NCBI GenBank assembly: GCA_044357055.1
Contig: JBIKVD010000002.1
Location: 1 to 45,069, forward strand
Direction of reading: 5' to 3'
Origin: Oligoflexales bacterium
GTDB taxonomy: Bacteria > Bdellovibrionota_B > Oligoflexia > Oligoflexales > JBIKVD01
Length of the DNA: 45,069 nt
The position numbers and the translations under genes were made by a program. The notes beneath the pieces are model-generated. The model was not told the DNA's origin. It did no database searches and worked only from the letters and a program-made list of their open reading frames with translations. Shown piece by piece: positions 29,076-37,438 of this stretch (positions are counted from its first letter, which is position 1; each line of letters starts with the position of its first letter).

Positions 29076-29346
29076 GCCGTATGCCCCTGAGCATTCGTGA
29101 GCCAGACGGCATAGAAACGAGTGGCAAGGCCGAGGACGAAGGACGAGTGCATTTCAGCCTTGCGCGAGTTTCGCCGGCTGGCAGAATGCGAGGAAAAGGG
29201 CAAGGTGATCGGGGAATGAATGGGAGGAGCGGGGTATCAACCGGTCGACGAATTTCGTGACATGCTTAAATCTGGGGGGCTGGCGCCAGGAGTATTCTTC
29301 CCCCCTTTAGTGATCGAAAGGGGGGCCAGGGGGGTATGAGAAGAAA
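29076..29346. repeat. Dispersed direct repeat, copy 1, containing a ~100-nt imperfect hairpin (Frpo-like)
   Basis: Colinear with 33805-34001; last 60 bp match at 59/60. Confidence 0.92.
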
Positions 29347-29348
29347 AA

Positions 29349-30296
29349 TTAAATTGTTAGACGCCAGCCAAAGCTATCAATTCCATGGCTAAGGCCTTCT
29401 TTTAGTGTCAAACCACCGAGGTCCGGTTTATTCATTTTAGCTTTGTAGGTTTCGAACTCATCTTGATTTGCAAAAAACAACATTTCATCACATGAGGGAC
29501 CGCCAGAGACAATAGTCTCGCTACTATCGCCTTCAAGTATCTTGTTTCCGTCGATCCTAATGACCAGATCACTTTGAAGAAGAGCAGATTTCGCAGCTAT
29601 CGTGATAGGTTTACCAAACATTGCCGAAATACCTAAAGCATCAATTGCACATCGTGCGTAGGCTGGCTTTTTGCCGTCAATTGTCACGATGACACCGAGG
29701 TTATCACTCGCGAATGGCCAAAGCCATTTTATACGGTCCGAATCTTTGTAAAATATTCCCGGTCTATTTTCTTTTAAATTCGCCCTAATATCCTCAGCGC
29801 CTAGTGAACTAAATCCATCGATTTTTCTAACTTCCTGATGGATTTCTTCAATGGTTGGAGCGCGACCAAGCTCTGGCCATAGGAGGTATATAGTTTTGAT
29901 TTCAGTTTTCAAAAGTGGAGGGAGGGCTCGATATTCAGCTTCAACCACCTTCGGATCGACACAGTTAGTTTGTTTGAAAGCAAAAACTGAACTTACAACT
30001 AATAATCCACCTACAGCGAGACCCACGAGCGATGATTTAAGTGGTTTACCTTGCCTATTAACGTTTCGTATAACAACGAACGAAAAAAATGCTGCCAATA
30101 TGAGCAGTGGTATTTTAAACATAGGTAGCCATATCGAGAGCGTACCTAGTCCGATACTTGCTAAAAAAGCCGCAAGTGGGAAAGCAAGACCACTGCATGC
30201 AGCCCCACAAAATCCGGTCAGCCCTAAGAGCCCAATGGACCCACCAGCGAAAGAGCCTACGATCTTGTTATTTTTTAGCCAAGCTTTTAGACCCAT
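29349..30296 (-). CDS. Membrane-anchored organomercurial lyase (MerB)-like fusion protein
   Basis: Hydrophobic N-terminus with FCGAAC; GRAPTIEEI; WPFA, YARCAIDALG, SCDEMLFF match the MerB Cys/Asp/Cys pattern. Confidence 0.75.
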   Translation of the reverse strand: MGLKAWLKNNKIVGSFAGGSIGLLGLTGFCGAACSGLAFPLAAFLASIGLGTLSIWLPMFKIPLLILAAFFSFVVIRNVNRQGKPLKSSLVGLAVGGLLVVSSVFAFKQTNCVDPKVVEAEYRALPPLLKTEIKTIYLLWPELGRAPTIEEIHQEVRKIDGFSSLGAEDIRANLKENRPGIFYKDSDRIKWLWPFASDNLGVIVTIDGKKPAYARCAIDALGISAMFGKPITIAAKSALLQSDLVIRIDGNKILEGDSSETIVSGGPSCDEMLFFANQDEFETYKAKMNKPDLGGLTLKEGLSHGIDSFGWRLTI

Positions 30297-30298
30297 AT

Positions 30299-30565
30299 CT
30301 ATCTCCCTTGAAGTTCTAATATTTTTTCTTCAAGCTCATTTGAGCTTGGGATTCTAACTGTACATCCAGCTCCTCCGACTTTTCCTCCAAAAACGATGTT
30401 TCCTTTTAAAAGAAGTGTAGGAGATGAAAAAGCTGCTAGAGGGTCATTCTCTTCGAGCCTTCCCTGATCAATTTCGTCGAACATCAAATTGGACGACTTT
30501 AAAAGTTCTTTAGCAACGCTGTAATTAGGGCATCCTTCAAAGTAAATCAGTGTTAAATTTTCCAC
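30299..30565 (-). CDS. Small thioredoxin/glutaredoxin-fold protein
   Basis: YFEGCPNY, FSSPTLL, distal Cys (GCT); lies between merR and the merB-like gene. Confidence 0.75.
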   Translation of the reverse strand: MENLTLIYFEGCPNYSVAKELLKSSNLMFDEIDQGRLEENDPLAAFSSPTLLLKGNIVFGGKVGGAGCTVRIPSSNELEEKILELQGR

Positions 30566-30566
30566 C

Positions 30567-30980
30567 TTAATGCTCCAACTTTTCTATTATTGGACAACAG
30601 CCATCAGATTTTGCTTTTTTACAGTCCAAAATTAATTCGCTCAAATTTTCTTCTATAGATTTTAGTTGAGTTATCTTCTTTTTAATCTCAGAAAGCTTAC
30701 TTTCAGCTCGAACTCTCACCTTTTCGCATTTTTCAGCATTCAAAAATCTAAGTTCGAGCAAATCCTCAATTTCTTTAAGCTGAAAGCCAAGATCTTTAGC
30801 CTGAATGATGAAGCGAAGTTTTTTGACAGAATGTGAATCATAACTTCTATATCCAGAATCATTTCGATCGATAGGAGCAAAAAATCCAAGTCGCTCATAA
30901 TAGCGAATTGTTTGAATATTGACGCCAACCTCTTTTGCTAACTGACCAATCGTAAACATGTTTTTATTCCCAGTGCTCAT
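30567..30980 (-). CDS. merR: MerR-family metal-responsive regulator (Hg/Cd/Zn-type Cys pattern)
   Basis: TIGQLAKEVGVNIQTIRYYER, LGFQLKEI, EKCEKV, DC...CCPII. Confidence 0.88.
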   Translation of the reverse strand: MSTGNKNMFTIGQLAKEVGVNIQTIRYYERLGFFAPIDRNDSGYRSYDSHSVKKLRFIIQAKDLGFQLKEIEDLLELRFLNAEKCEKVRVRAESKLSEIKKKITQLKSIEENLSELILDCKKAKSDGCCPIIEKLEH

Positions 30981-30988
30981 AGTTAACG

Positions 30989-31020
30989 AGTTTACACCTT
31001 GTACCTAGGTATAAGGTCAA
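30989..31020 (-). promoter_or_regulatory. MerR-type promoter/operator
   Basis: TTGACC-20 bp-TAAACT with a 22-bp dyad ACCTTGTACCT/AGGTATAAGGT at 30996-31017 (1 mismatch). Confidence 0.88.
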
Positions 31021-31212
31021 TAGAAAAGAAAAATCTTTTTGGCGTCAAATTGTCCAGACCCCTACCGCAAAAGACCTTCGGCAACCCAGAAGGCAAGGCC
31101 GCATGCATTTTAGTGAACAAAGACTTGTAAGGCAGGCATAAGAAAAAGGATTTCAAATGAAGATTTAAGGAGATTTCTGTAGCACCGATTAACCAATTGA
31201 TCGGAGGATAGA

Positions 31213-32181
31213 ATGTTTCCTACAGACGATGAACTTTACAACCTGGTCATTGCTAAATTTAAAGATGGCACTTGCTGGAATGTAAGAGCATTAAACTTGC
31301 TCATGGATGAAGGAGCATTTCGTGCTGATCATTTGGATTCCCATTATCAAGCTGCAAATGTTCAGGCAAAGACACTCGACAGTGAATTACAGAACAAAAT
31401 ATCTGCATGCCTTTACCGGTCTTTAAATGACTTAGGATTTCTTTACGCAGCTCTTTCCCATCCCGAGCAGCATAAAGTTTTTTTGAAACTGGGTATTGTA
31501 GCGTTTTATTACGCAATGAATCAGAGCTTATCTGCATGTCTTCTCGCATATCACAAAGTTGCCCCTAATCAGCATAAGCAGACAGCCGATATTTGAACAA
31601 ATTCGATATCTCATCTTTTTCCCTATCCGTTGAATCTAAAAATCAAGAATATTACCAGTAAGGGACTCAACATTTTTGTTGAGTCTAATCCGAAGCGATT
31701 ACAAAACGATAACAAATGTCCTGAATCCATAGAGTCTGCAAAAAGAAGGTATAATTCTTTTTTGTTTGGCACTGCTCGCGATAGATACGAAAATTTAACG
31801 GAAAAGGTGAAAGAGAAGTTTAAAGTCGAGGAACTCAGATCGACTAGAATCAATCCAAAAGCTAAGGATGCGAGGATTGAACTGCAACGCTTGGCCAGCA
31901 ACGAAGTCGTAGGCGTCTTGCATTGCCTTTACCGAATGAGGATCAAAGCGCAGTACAAGGATGCAGTATATTTGGGTTTCAATTTGCAAGGAGATTACTA
32001 CCAATCAATGTCAAAAGATCTGCTTAAAGATATGATAGACATTACAAATAAAACATTCACCGCTTGCCATCGTTACTGCGTTATGAGAACCGGTAATGAT
32101 GAGATTCTTAAATTAAGCGACATGGAAAAGTCTTCATTTGATATCTCGCCTACTGTCCTTGACTTATTTAAAATCGGATAA
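31213..32181 (+). pseudogene. Single ~322-codon HEPN-like gene split by an in-frame TGA
   Basis: ORFs 31213-31596 and 31630-32181 share a frame with only TGA 31594-31596 between them (ADI*TNSISHLFPYPLNL). Motifs FYYAMNQ and LYRMRIKAQY. Confidence 0.65.
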
Positions 32182-32203
32182 ATAATCAAAAAGAAAAATG
32201 CTG

Positions 32204-32671
32204 TCAAATCCAGCGTCTTGTCCGATGACGATAGTTATTATATTCGTCCCCAAACTTAGCTTCGAGATAGCACTCCTCTCTCTTTATGACGTAATAATTA
32301 ATAATGCCCACAAAAACTAGAATCATTAAAACCATCGTTAGACTATTTACCCAAATAGAAATTCCAAGCCCGATGAGTGCCATTGCAAGATACATCGGGT
32401 TTCGAGTGATCTTATAGATTCCGCTCGTTACAATTTTTGTCGTACTCTTCCACGGTTTAACATCAGTTCCCGCTTTTCGAAAAAGCCCTGCAGCGGAAAG
32501 TATAATGACAATACCTATGACTAAGAGCGAGATTCCAAGCCACATTTGCATCCCCTCGGGAACCACTGATTGATGAAAGATGGAATTAAGACCAAACCCA
32601 ATAATCAAACAGGTTAGAAGTATGAGAGGCGGAGGGAACTTGATTTTTGCGCTGTCTTCATCGATCTTCAT
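32204..32671 (-). CDS. Isoprenylcysteine carboxylmethyltransferase (Ste14/ICMT) family membrane protein
   Basis: FPPP, IVTSGIYKITRNPMYL, REE..LEAKFGDEY..Y...TRRW. Confidence 0.9.
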   Translation of the reverse strand: MKIDEDSAKIKFPPPLILLTCLIIGFGLNSIFHQSVVPEGMQMWLGISLLVIGIVIILSAAGLFRKAGTDVKPWKSTTKIVTSGIYKITRNPMYLAMALIGLGISIWVNSLTMVLMILVFVGIINYYVIKREECYLEAKFGDEYNNYRHRTRRWI

Positions 32672-33004
32672 GAATACCTCAGTCAAAAAATATGTCCCTA
32701 GCATAGCTTTGGCTGGCTGCTCTGCGACAAAGCAGTTCTAACGCGCTTAATTGCTAAAAAGAGCTACCTTTGGGTCTCCTGTATGTGCCCCAAGCAGCTA
32801 TAATTAAAGATTTTTATTAAAATGTCGAGGAAAAGATAATACAAATGAGTCAATGCCCAGGGCCCTAGCAGGTTAAAATTTCTGCCGTCGATTTTTCAAA
32901 ATCACAGCAATGATTCCGCCTGCGCTTGAGGTTGGCGTCGCGAAAGTCAATTATAAAATTATTCTGAACTTATTTTAACGAAATCTTTGGGATGAATGTA
33001 AGTT

Positions 33005-33565
33005 ATGAAGAATAAAACAGAGCGCTCCGCCAAACTAAAATTTGGAGTCTTTTCTTTTTCAATTGCTATTTTGTTGCTGGGGTATATTTCATTTGGTTTT
33101 TGGACGATGATGATATTTACCTCCGGCTTCTTGGGTGGATTTCTTTTATGGCTGTTGTTTCCAACGCAAGCTTCTTACGGACAGATTAAAGACCCATATT
33201 GGTTATCGTTGGGGCTTTTTGTATTGCACCGTATAGAGGAAAAACTATCTGGATTCTTTCAAGTTTTGTCGGAGATTACTGGCTCCCACACTCCGCGGGT
33301 TGACTCTTGGAATGTGATTTTATTGGTATTACTTTCGGTGGGAGCTTGGCTATCCATTCCGCTACTTATTAAAAGAAAATCTGAGGTTGGATATTATTTG
33401 GCATGGACGTTTTTTGCCGCAATGGGAATCACAGAACTTGCCCATTGGTTGGTTTTGCCATTTTTTTTGGAAAATTCTTATAGGTACTTTCCGGGTATGA
33501 TTAGTGTAGTCCCATTGGCCCCAGTCGGCTGGTGGGGCATGTGGCGGCTCTACAAAGGGAGATGA
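33005..33565 (+). CDS. HXXEE-domain membrane protein
   Basis: LHRIEE, ELAH, YFPGM; about 6 transmembrane segments. Confidence 0.75.
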   Translation: MKNKTERSAKLKFGVFSFSIAILLLGYISFGFWTMMIFTSGFLGGFLLWLLFPTQASYGQIKDPYWLSLGLFVLHRIEEKLSGFFQVLSEITGSHTPRVDSWNVILLVLLSVGAWLSIPLLIKRKSEVGYYLAWTFFAAMGITELAHWLVLPFFLENSYRYFPGMISVVPLAPVGWWGMWRLYKGR

Positions 33566-33804
33566 GTATTGGTCACAGCGCTTGCTAATCTTGTACATTA
33601 CCAAGAATCCACCTCGAATCAGAATTCAAGACTGCGACACCTGATGACAAGCTACTGGGGAATTTAAGTATCCCGGGAGTAAAAGATCCTCGATGCCTAT
33701 GACCAGATTACGTGTGTAGTACACGCCTATTAAACCGAAGTGTTTGTATACTTCGCAGTTTTTTGGAAAAAGACTAGCCAATCGAAAAGTTTTGTCATTT
33801 CATC

Positions 33805-34001
33805 CGCCCTATGTCCCCTGAGTATTCGTGAGCCAGACCTCGTAGAAAAGGACAAGGCGATCGGGGAATGAAAGGAAGGAGCGGTGCGCTAACCGGCCGG
33901 CGAATTTCGCAACATGCCAAAATTTTGGGGGGGGCTTGCGTCAGGAGTATTCTTCCCCCTTTTAGTGATCGAAAGGGGGGCCAGGGGGGTATGAGAAGAA
34001 A
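33805..34001. repeat. Dispersed direct repeat, copy 2 (internal ~80-bp deletion)
   Basis: Matches 29076-29117, then resumes at about 29195-29346. Confidence 0.92.
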
Positions 34002-34010
34002 GACAGGCCA

Positions 34011-34982
34011 TTAAGGAGGATTCGTTCTGGTAGGATCAATGAAAGCCGAAACGTGTTCATAAATGACCCAAGTTCCAATTTCAGGTACTTGGATGATGAA
34101 ATTTGAATGATCACCGCAGTGATGCCTGCAAATAAGAAAATTAGTATTTATCTCGAGTAACAACTCCTCAAAACCTTCAATCCCATGGATTTCGACATAA
34201 GCCTGGGCCACGTTCATAAGACTTGAAGTTGCAAGGAAGCTCGCTGTATCAGCATGCATAATGGTGGGTCCCCATGCTGGCAATTTATCGGCCCGATGTT
34301 TGTATCCACCAAGACTGACATATGAGCTGTGCGTATAGTTTGAAGTTATTTTGTAAACACTGTAGTAGTGCTCCACCCGATCAATTGCAATTGCCATTTC
34401 CTTTGTATGCAAACCGGACCATGATCGACCTATAGATCCATATTTTTTCTTATATTCTTGTTCAGAGGCTGTCAGTCGTTGAGCAAGACTTGGAGAAACG
34501 AGACTCTCAAGATTATCGCTTTCTCTCCCTCTATTATGCTTAAATTTCTCAATTTCTGCCCAATCTCTAAATCTTTGTACTCTTGAAATATCTGCCGCAA
34601 TGTATTCAAGGCTTAATTCTGTATCGGTCAAATTCCGAAGCATCGCCAGAGCATCTTGGTCATGACCGATATGAAGCAAGACTCTAACCGACTCGTAAGT
34701 CTTCATTGATCTGACCAAATGTAAATGCGTGACATCTGCAAGGTCAGAATTCTTTGTAACGTCGGGTCGATCTAATAAAGCCGATATCAATTTAAAAACA
34801 TTGGTCATCAAAAAGTCATAAACTTTTAGACCTTCGGCAATCTGACCTCGAGCCTCTTGAAGTATTTTTAGATGTTCCCTGCCCTTTTCATGTAGGGGCA
34901 TTGTTTTTCCCTGGAAACTCGAATTGTCTTTCATAAAGAACCTTTTTAAGAATGCAATCAAACTGGCTATTAGCTTACACAC
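34011..34982 (-). CDS. DUF5677-like helical protein
   Basis: ALAMLRNLTDTELSLEYI, WSG, YYSVYKITSNYTH; start codon uncertain. Confidence 0.65.
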   Translation of the reverse strand: MCKLIASLIAFLKRFFMKDNSSFQGKTMPLHEKGREHLKILQEARGQIAEGLKVYDFLMTNVFKLISALLDRPDVTKNSDLADVTHLHLVRSMKTYESVRVLLHIGHDQDALAMLRNLTDTELSLEYIAADISRVQRFRDWAEIEKFKHNRGRESDNLESLVSPSLAQRLTASEQEYKKKYGSIGRSWSGLHTKEMAIAIDRVEHYYSVYKITSNYTHSSYVSLGGYKHRADKLPAWGPTIMHADTASFLATSSLMNVAQAYVEIHGIEGFEELLLEINTNFLICRHHCGDHSNFIIQVPEIGTWVIYEHVSAFIDPTRTNPP

Positions 34983-35202
34983 GAAAATCCACCCGGATTA
35001 AAAACTGAACTCGATGGTTCAAAATTTGAACCGTGATCTCCCAAATTAACCCATCAAAATTATATCATATCCAGCATAACTATATGATTTTACAGACTTC
35101 AGTATAGTCATTTCAGCTTCCCGCCAAATCGGCACAAAGCTTGTAATAACGCTTCCATCGCCTGGGGGAATTGCCCCCCGCCGCAAGACAAGGAAGCGCT
35201 CC

Positions 35203-36417
35203 ATGAAGCTTACCCACCAAACCCTTCGCACACTGATGCGCTCGTTCCCATTTTGGGTCTGCATAAGCCTCGCCCTTTACGCACCCCTCATTAAAGGAGA
35301 ATCCATCACCGGGTGCACCTTTTACAAAGCTCCTTTCTCGTCCACCTTTTTGCCATGCGCAAAACCCCAGGCGACCTTCGGAGGCTGCACTAAAACCCGC
35401 TACGTAGCGGGTGTGCCGGTAAGTTACCCAGCTGTAAAGCTTGAGATGTGGCTACCGGAATATTTAATCGAAGTGACGGAAGAGCCTGGCGTGAGCATGT
35501 TCTCGCACCTTTCCCCTTCGCTAGGTAAACACCTTAACCTTGCCACAGCCTATTACTCATCGCACGCCCAGCAGGGCGCGCCCGAAATGGGCCAGGGAGG
35601 ACTCTCCGAGACCGGCCGATCTTACTTTTGGCACGCAAGAGCCATCGAAATCCCTTATGGTTACTCAGTTCTCCACTACCCCAATATGAAAGCCTCCGGC
35701 CCTCCGGCTGCACCTCTTTGCTTTAGCGCCATCAGCGAGCTTATTCCTGATCTTTGGCATCTGGGCCTTTCAGAACTGATCTTGTCCCAAGCCTTCATGA
35801 AACCGGCGCTGACCATGTGTTACTCAGACGCCGCTGGAATTTTGGCCCCTGCATTATCGGAGGCAATCGAAAAAGCAAAGTCTGAAACTCTCTCAGCCTT
35901 CGCAGGTTCCTCCACTAGCACCGACACCAGCATGTTTAACGGACTAAACTGCGCAAGACCCGTAGATACCAAATACGCAGCAATGAAGACCGTGACCGGC
36001 GACGCTGCTCGCATACAAAATCTCTGCATGAATTCCCTTGGACCACTACTTCCTCGCATGGGCCACATCGATGGGGATTCAAAGTATCAAACTGCAGTGA
36101 TTGCGAGTTGGAAATTTTCTTCTCTTTCAAAAGACGTTTTTGATCTTAAAAACCTGGGAATTCTAGGCACCGATCAGTGGCAAATGATCTATCCAAAGTC
36201 CACCCGAGCTGAATGCTTTAAGCCTGGCACTCTTTACTCAGATTTTTTACCTGGTCCCACTGAATTTCGAAACCCCTCGGAACCAAAAGATGGCACCTAC
36301 GTGTTCGCTGTGTGGCGAAAAAGGGAAGCTTGTGAGGACTTAAACGGTGCTACCTGGAAGGCGGAAGTCGAAGCCCTTGCAAACACGCACAAAGCCTCTT
36401 GCGCTGTGGTGAAGTGA
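35203..36417 (+). CDS. traU: TraU-family conjugal transfer protein
   Basis: Exported and Cys-rich; WLPEYLIEV, ISEL..DLWH, GPLLPRMG, QWQMIYPK...CF, YVFAVWRKREAC. Confidence 0.7.
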   Translation: MKLTHQTLRTLMRSFPFWVCISLALYAPLIKGESITGCTFYKAPFSSTFLPCAKPQATFGGCTKTRYVAGVPVSYPAVKLEMWLPEYLIEVTEEPGVSMFSHLSPSLGKHLNLATAYYSSHAQQGAPEMGQGGLSETGRSYFWHARAIEIPYGYSVLHYPNMKASGPPAAPLCFSAISELIPDLWHLGLSELILSQAFMKPALTMCYSDAAGILAPALSEAIEKAKSETLSAFAGSSTSTDTSMFNGLNCARPVDTKYAAMKTVTGDAARIQNLCMNSLGPLLPRMGHIDGDSKYQTAVIASWKFSSLSKDVFDLKNLGILGTDQWQMIYPKSTRAECFKPGTLYSDFLPGPTEFRNPSEPKDGTYVFAVWRKREACEDLNGATWKAEVEALANTHKASCAVVK

Positions 36418-37427
36418 TGTATAACCCATACCAGCTACAATTTTTAGATATCTGCAGCTTCGCACTGGCAAAAAGAGCAAGCGATATCCATATCGAGCCA
36501 ATTGATGATGGTCTTCGTATAAGGATTCGAACCAACGGAGAGCTCTCTGATCTCGCTACATTTGGCAAACAAGCGGCAGGACACTTTCTTGAATCGGTAA
36601 AAACGCTCCTTAAATTCGATATGTCAAAACTAGGCGTCCCGCAAGACACGAGATTTAGACATCCACAGGCCCGCGTGAACTTTCGTGGATCACTTCTTCC
36701 TACAAGCTACGGCGAAAAAATCTGCCTAAGACTTCTTCCCAGAGATGTGAATTTTAGCCTCGACACCTACTCTCTTGAAGAAAATGCCAAACGCGCTATT
36801 AGAGAGCTCACCCTAAAGAAAGAAGGGCTGATCCTTATCTCAGGTCCCACGGGCAGCGGAAAATCGACTCTCATGTACTCAGCTCTTGGCTCAATCGACC
36901 GCATAAAAAAATGCGTCTACACGGTGGAAGATCCCATCGAATATGAAATGGGTGGACTCATTCAAGTGCCGGTTGATCATAAGAAGATCACCTTTCCAAA
37001 AGCACTTCGCACCCTCATGCGCCAAGATCCCGACGTGATCATGGTGGGAGAAATTAGGGATGAAGAGACGGCAAAAATCGCTGTAACTGCCGCAGGCACT
37101 GGGCATCTCGTTATTGCCACAGTCCACGCGAATTCAGCCTTGCAGGTTCTAGCTCGCATGAGAAACCTAGGTGTTTCGGACTACGATCTGAAGTCAGTTC
37201 TACTCATGAGTTCCGCTCAAAGACTTGTTCGAATTTCTTGTCCATGTAGCAAAGGGTGCGATGAGTGCAGTTTTACAGGAGTCAATTCTAGAAAGCTTGT
37301 CTTTGAAGCGCTCATTAAAAAAGACGGCAACCTTCAGCGCCTTGGCTCAATCGACGAGAGCTTAGCCAGCCTTTTTGCAAAAGGTCAAATCACCCACGAA
37401 GAGTTTAACTCCTCCAAAGCCATATAA
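36417..37427 (+). CDS. GspE/PulE/PilB-family ATPase
   Basis: ASDIHIEP, PQD, GEKICLRLL, GPTGSGKS, TVEDPIE, MRQDPDVIMVGEIRD, TGHLVIATVH; TGATG coupling to traU. Confidence 0.92.
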   Translation: MYNPYQLQFLDICSFALAKRASDIHIEPIDDGLRIRIRTNGELSDLATFGKQAAGHFLESVKTLLKFDMSKLGVPQDTRFRHPQARVNFRGSLLPTSYGEKICLRLLPRDVNFSLDTYSLEENAKRAIRELTLKKEGLILISGPTGSGKSTLMYSALGSIDRIKKCVYTVEDPIEYEMGGLIQVPVDHKKITFPKALRTLMRQDPDVIMVGEIRDEETAKIAVTAAGTGHLVIATVHANSALQVLARMRNLGVSDYDLKSVLLMSSAQRLVRISCPCSKGCDECSFTGVNSRKLVFEALIKKDGNLQRLGSIDESLASLFAKGQITHEEFNSSKAI

Positions 37428-37438
37428 AGGTCACAAAC

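Noticed and set aside
29039-29260. ORF 29039-29260 (+) and extension of the 28694 ORF to 29203
   Set aside because: Both run through the structured repeat; the AAGGAGG site supports ATG 29047.
6904-31596. Stop-codon reassignment suggested by two apparent Trp-to-stop codons
   Set aside because: One is TAG and the other TGA, and both codons end many intact genes here. Ordinary G-to-A nonsense mutations are sufficient.
29076-34001. Repeats as integron attC sites, IS ends or CRISPR repeats
   Set aside because: There are no RYYYAAC/GTTRRRY ends, no transposase or cas genes, and only two long direct copies.
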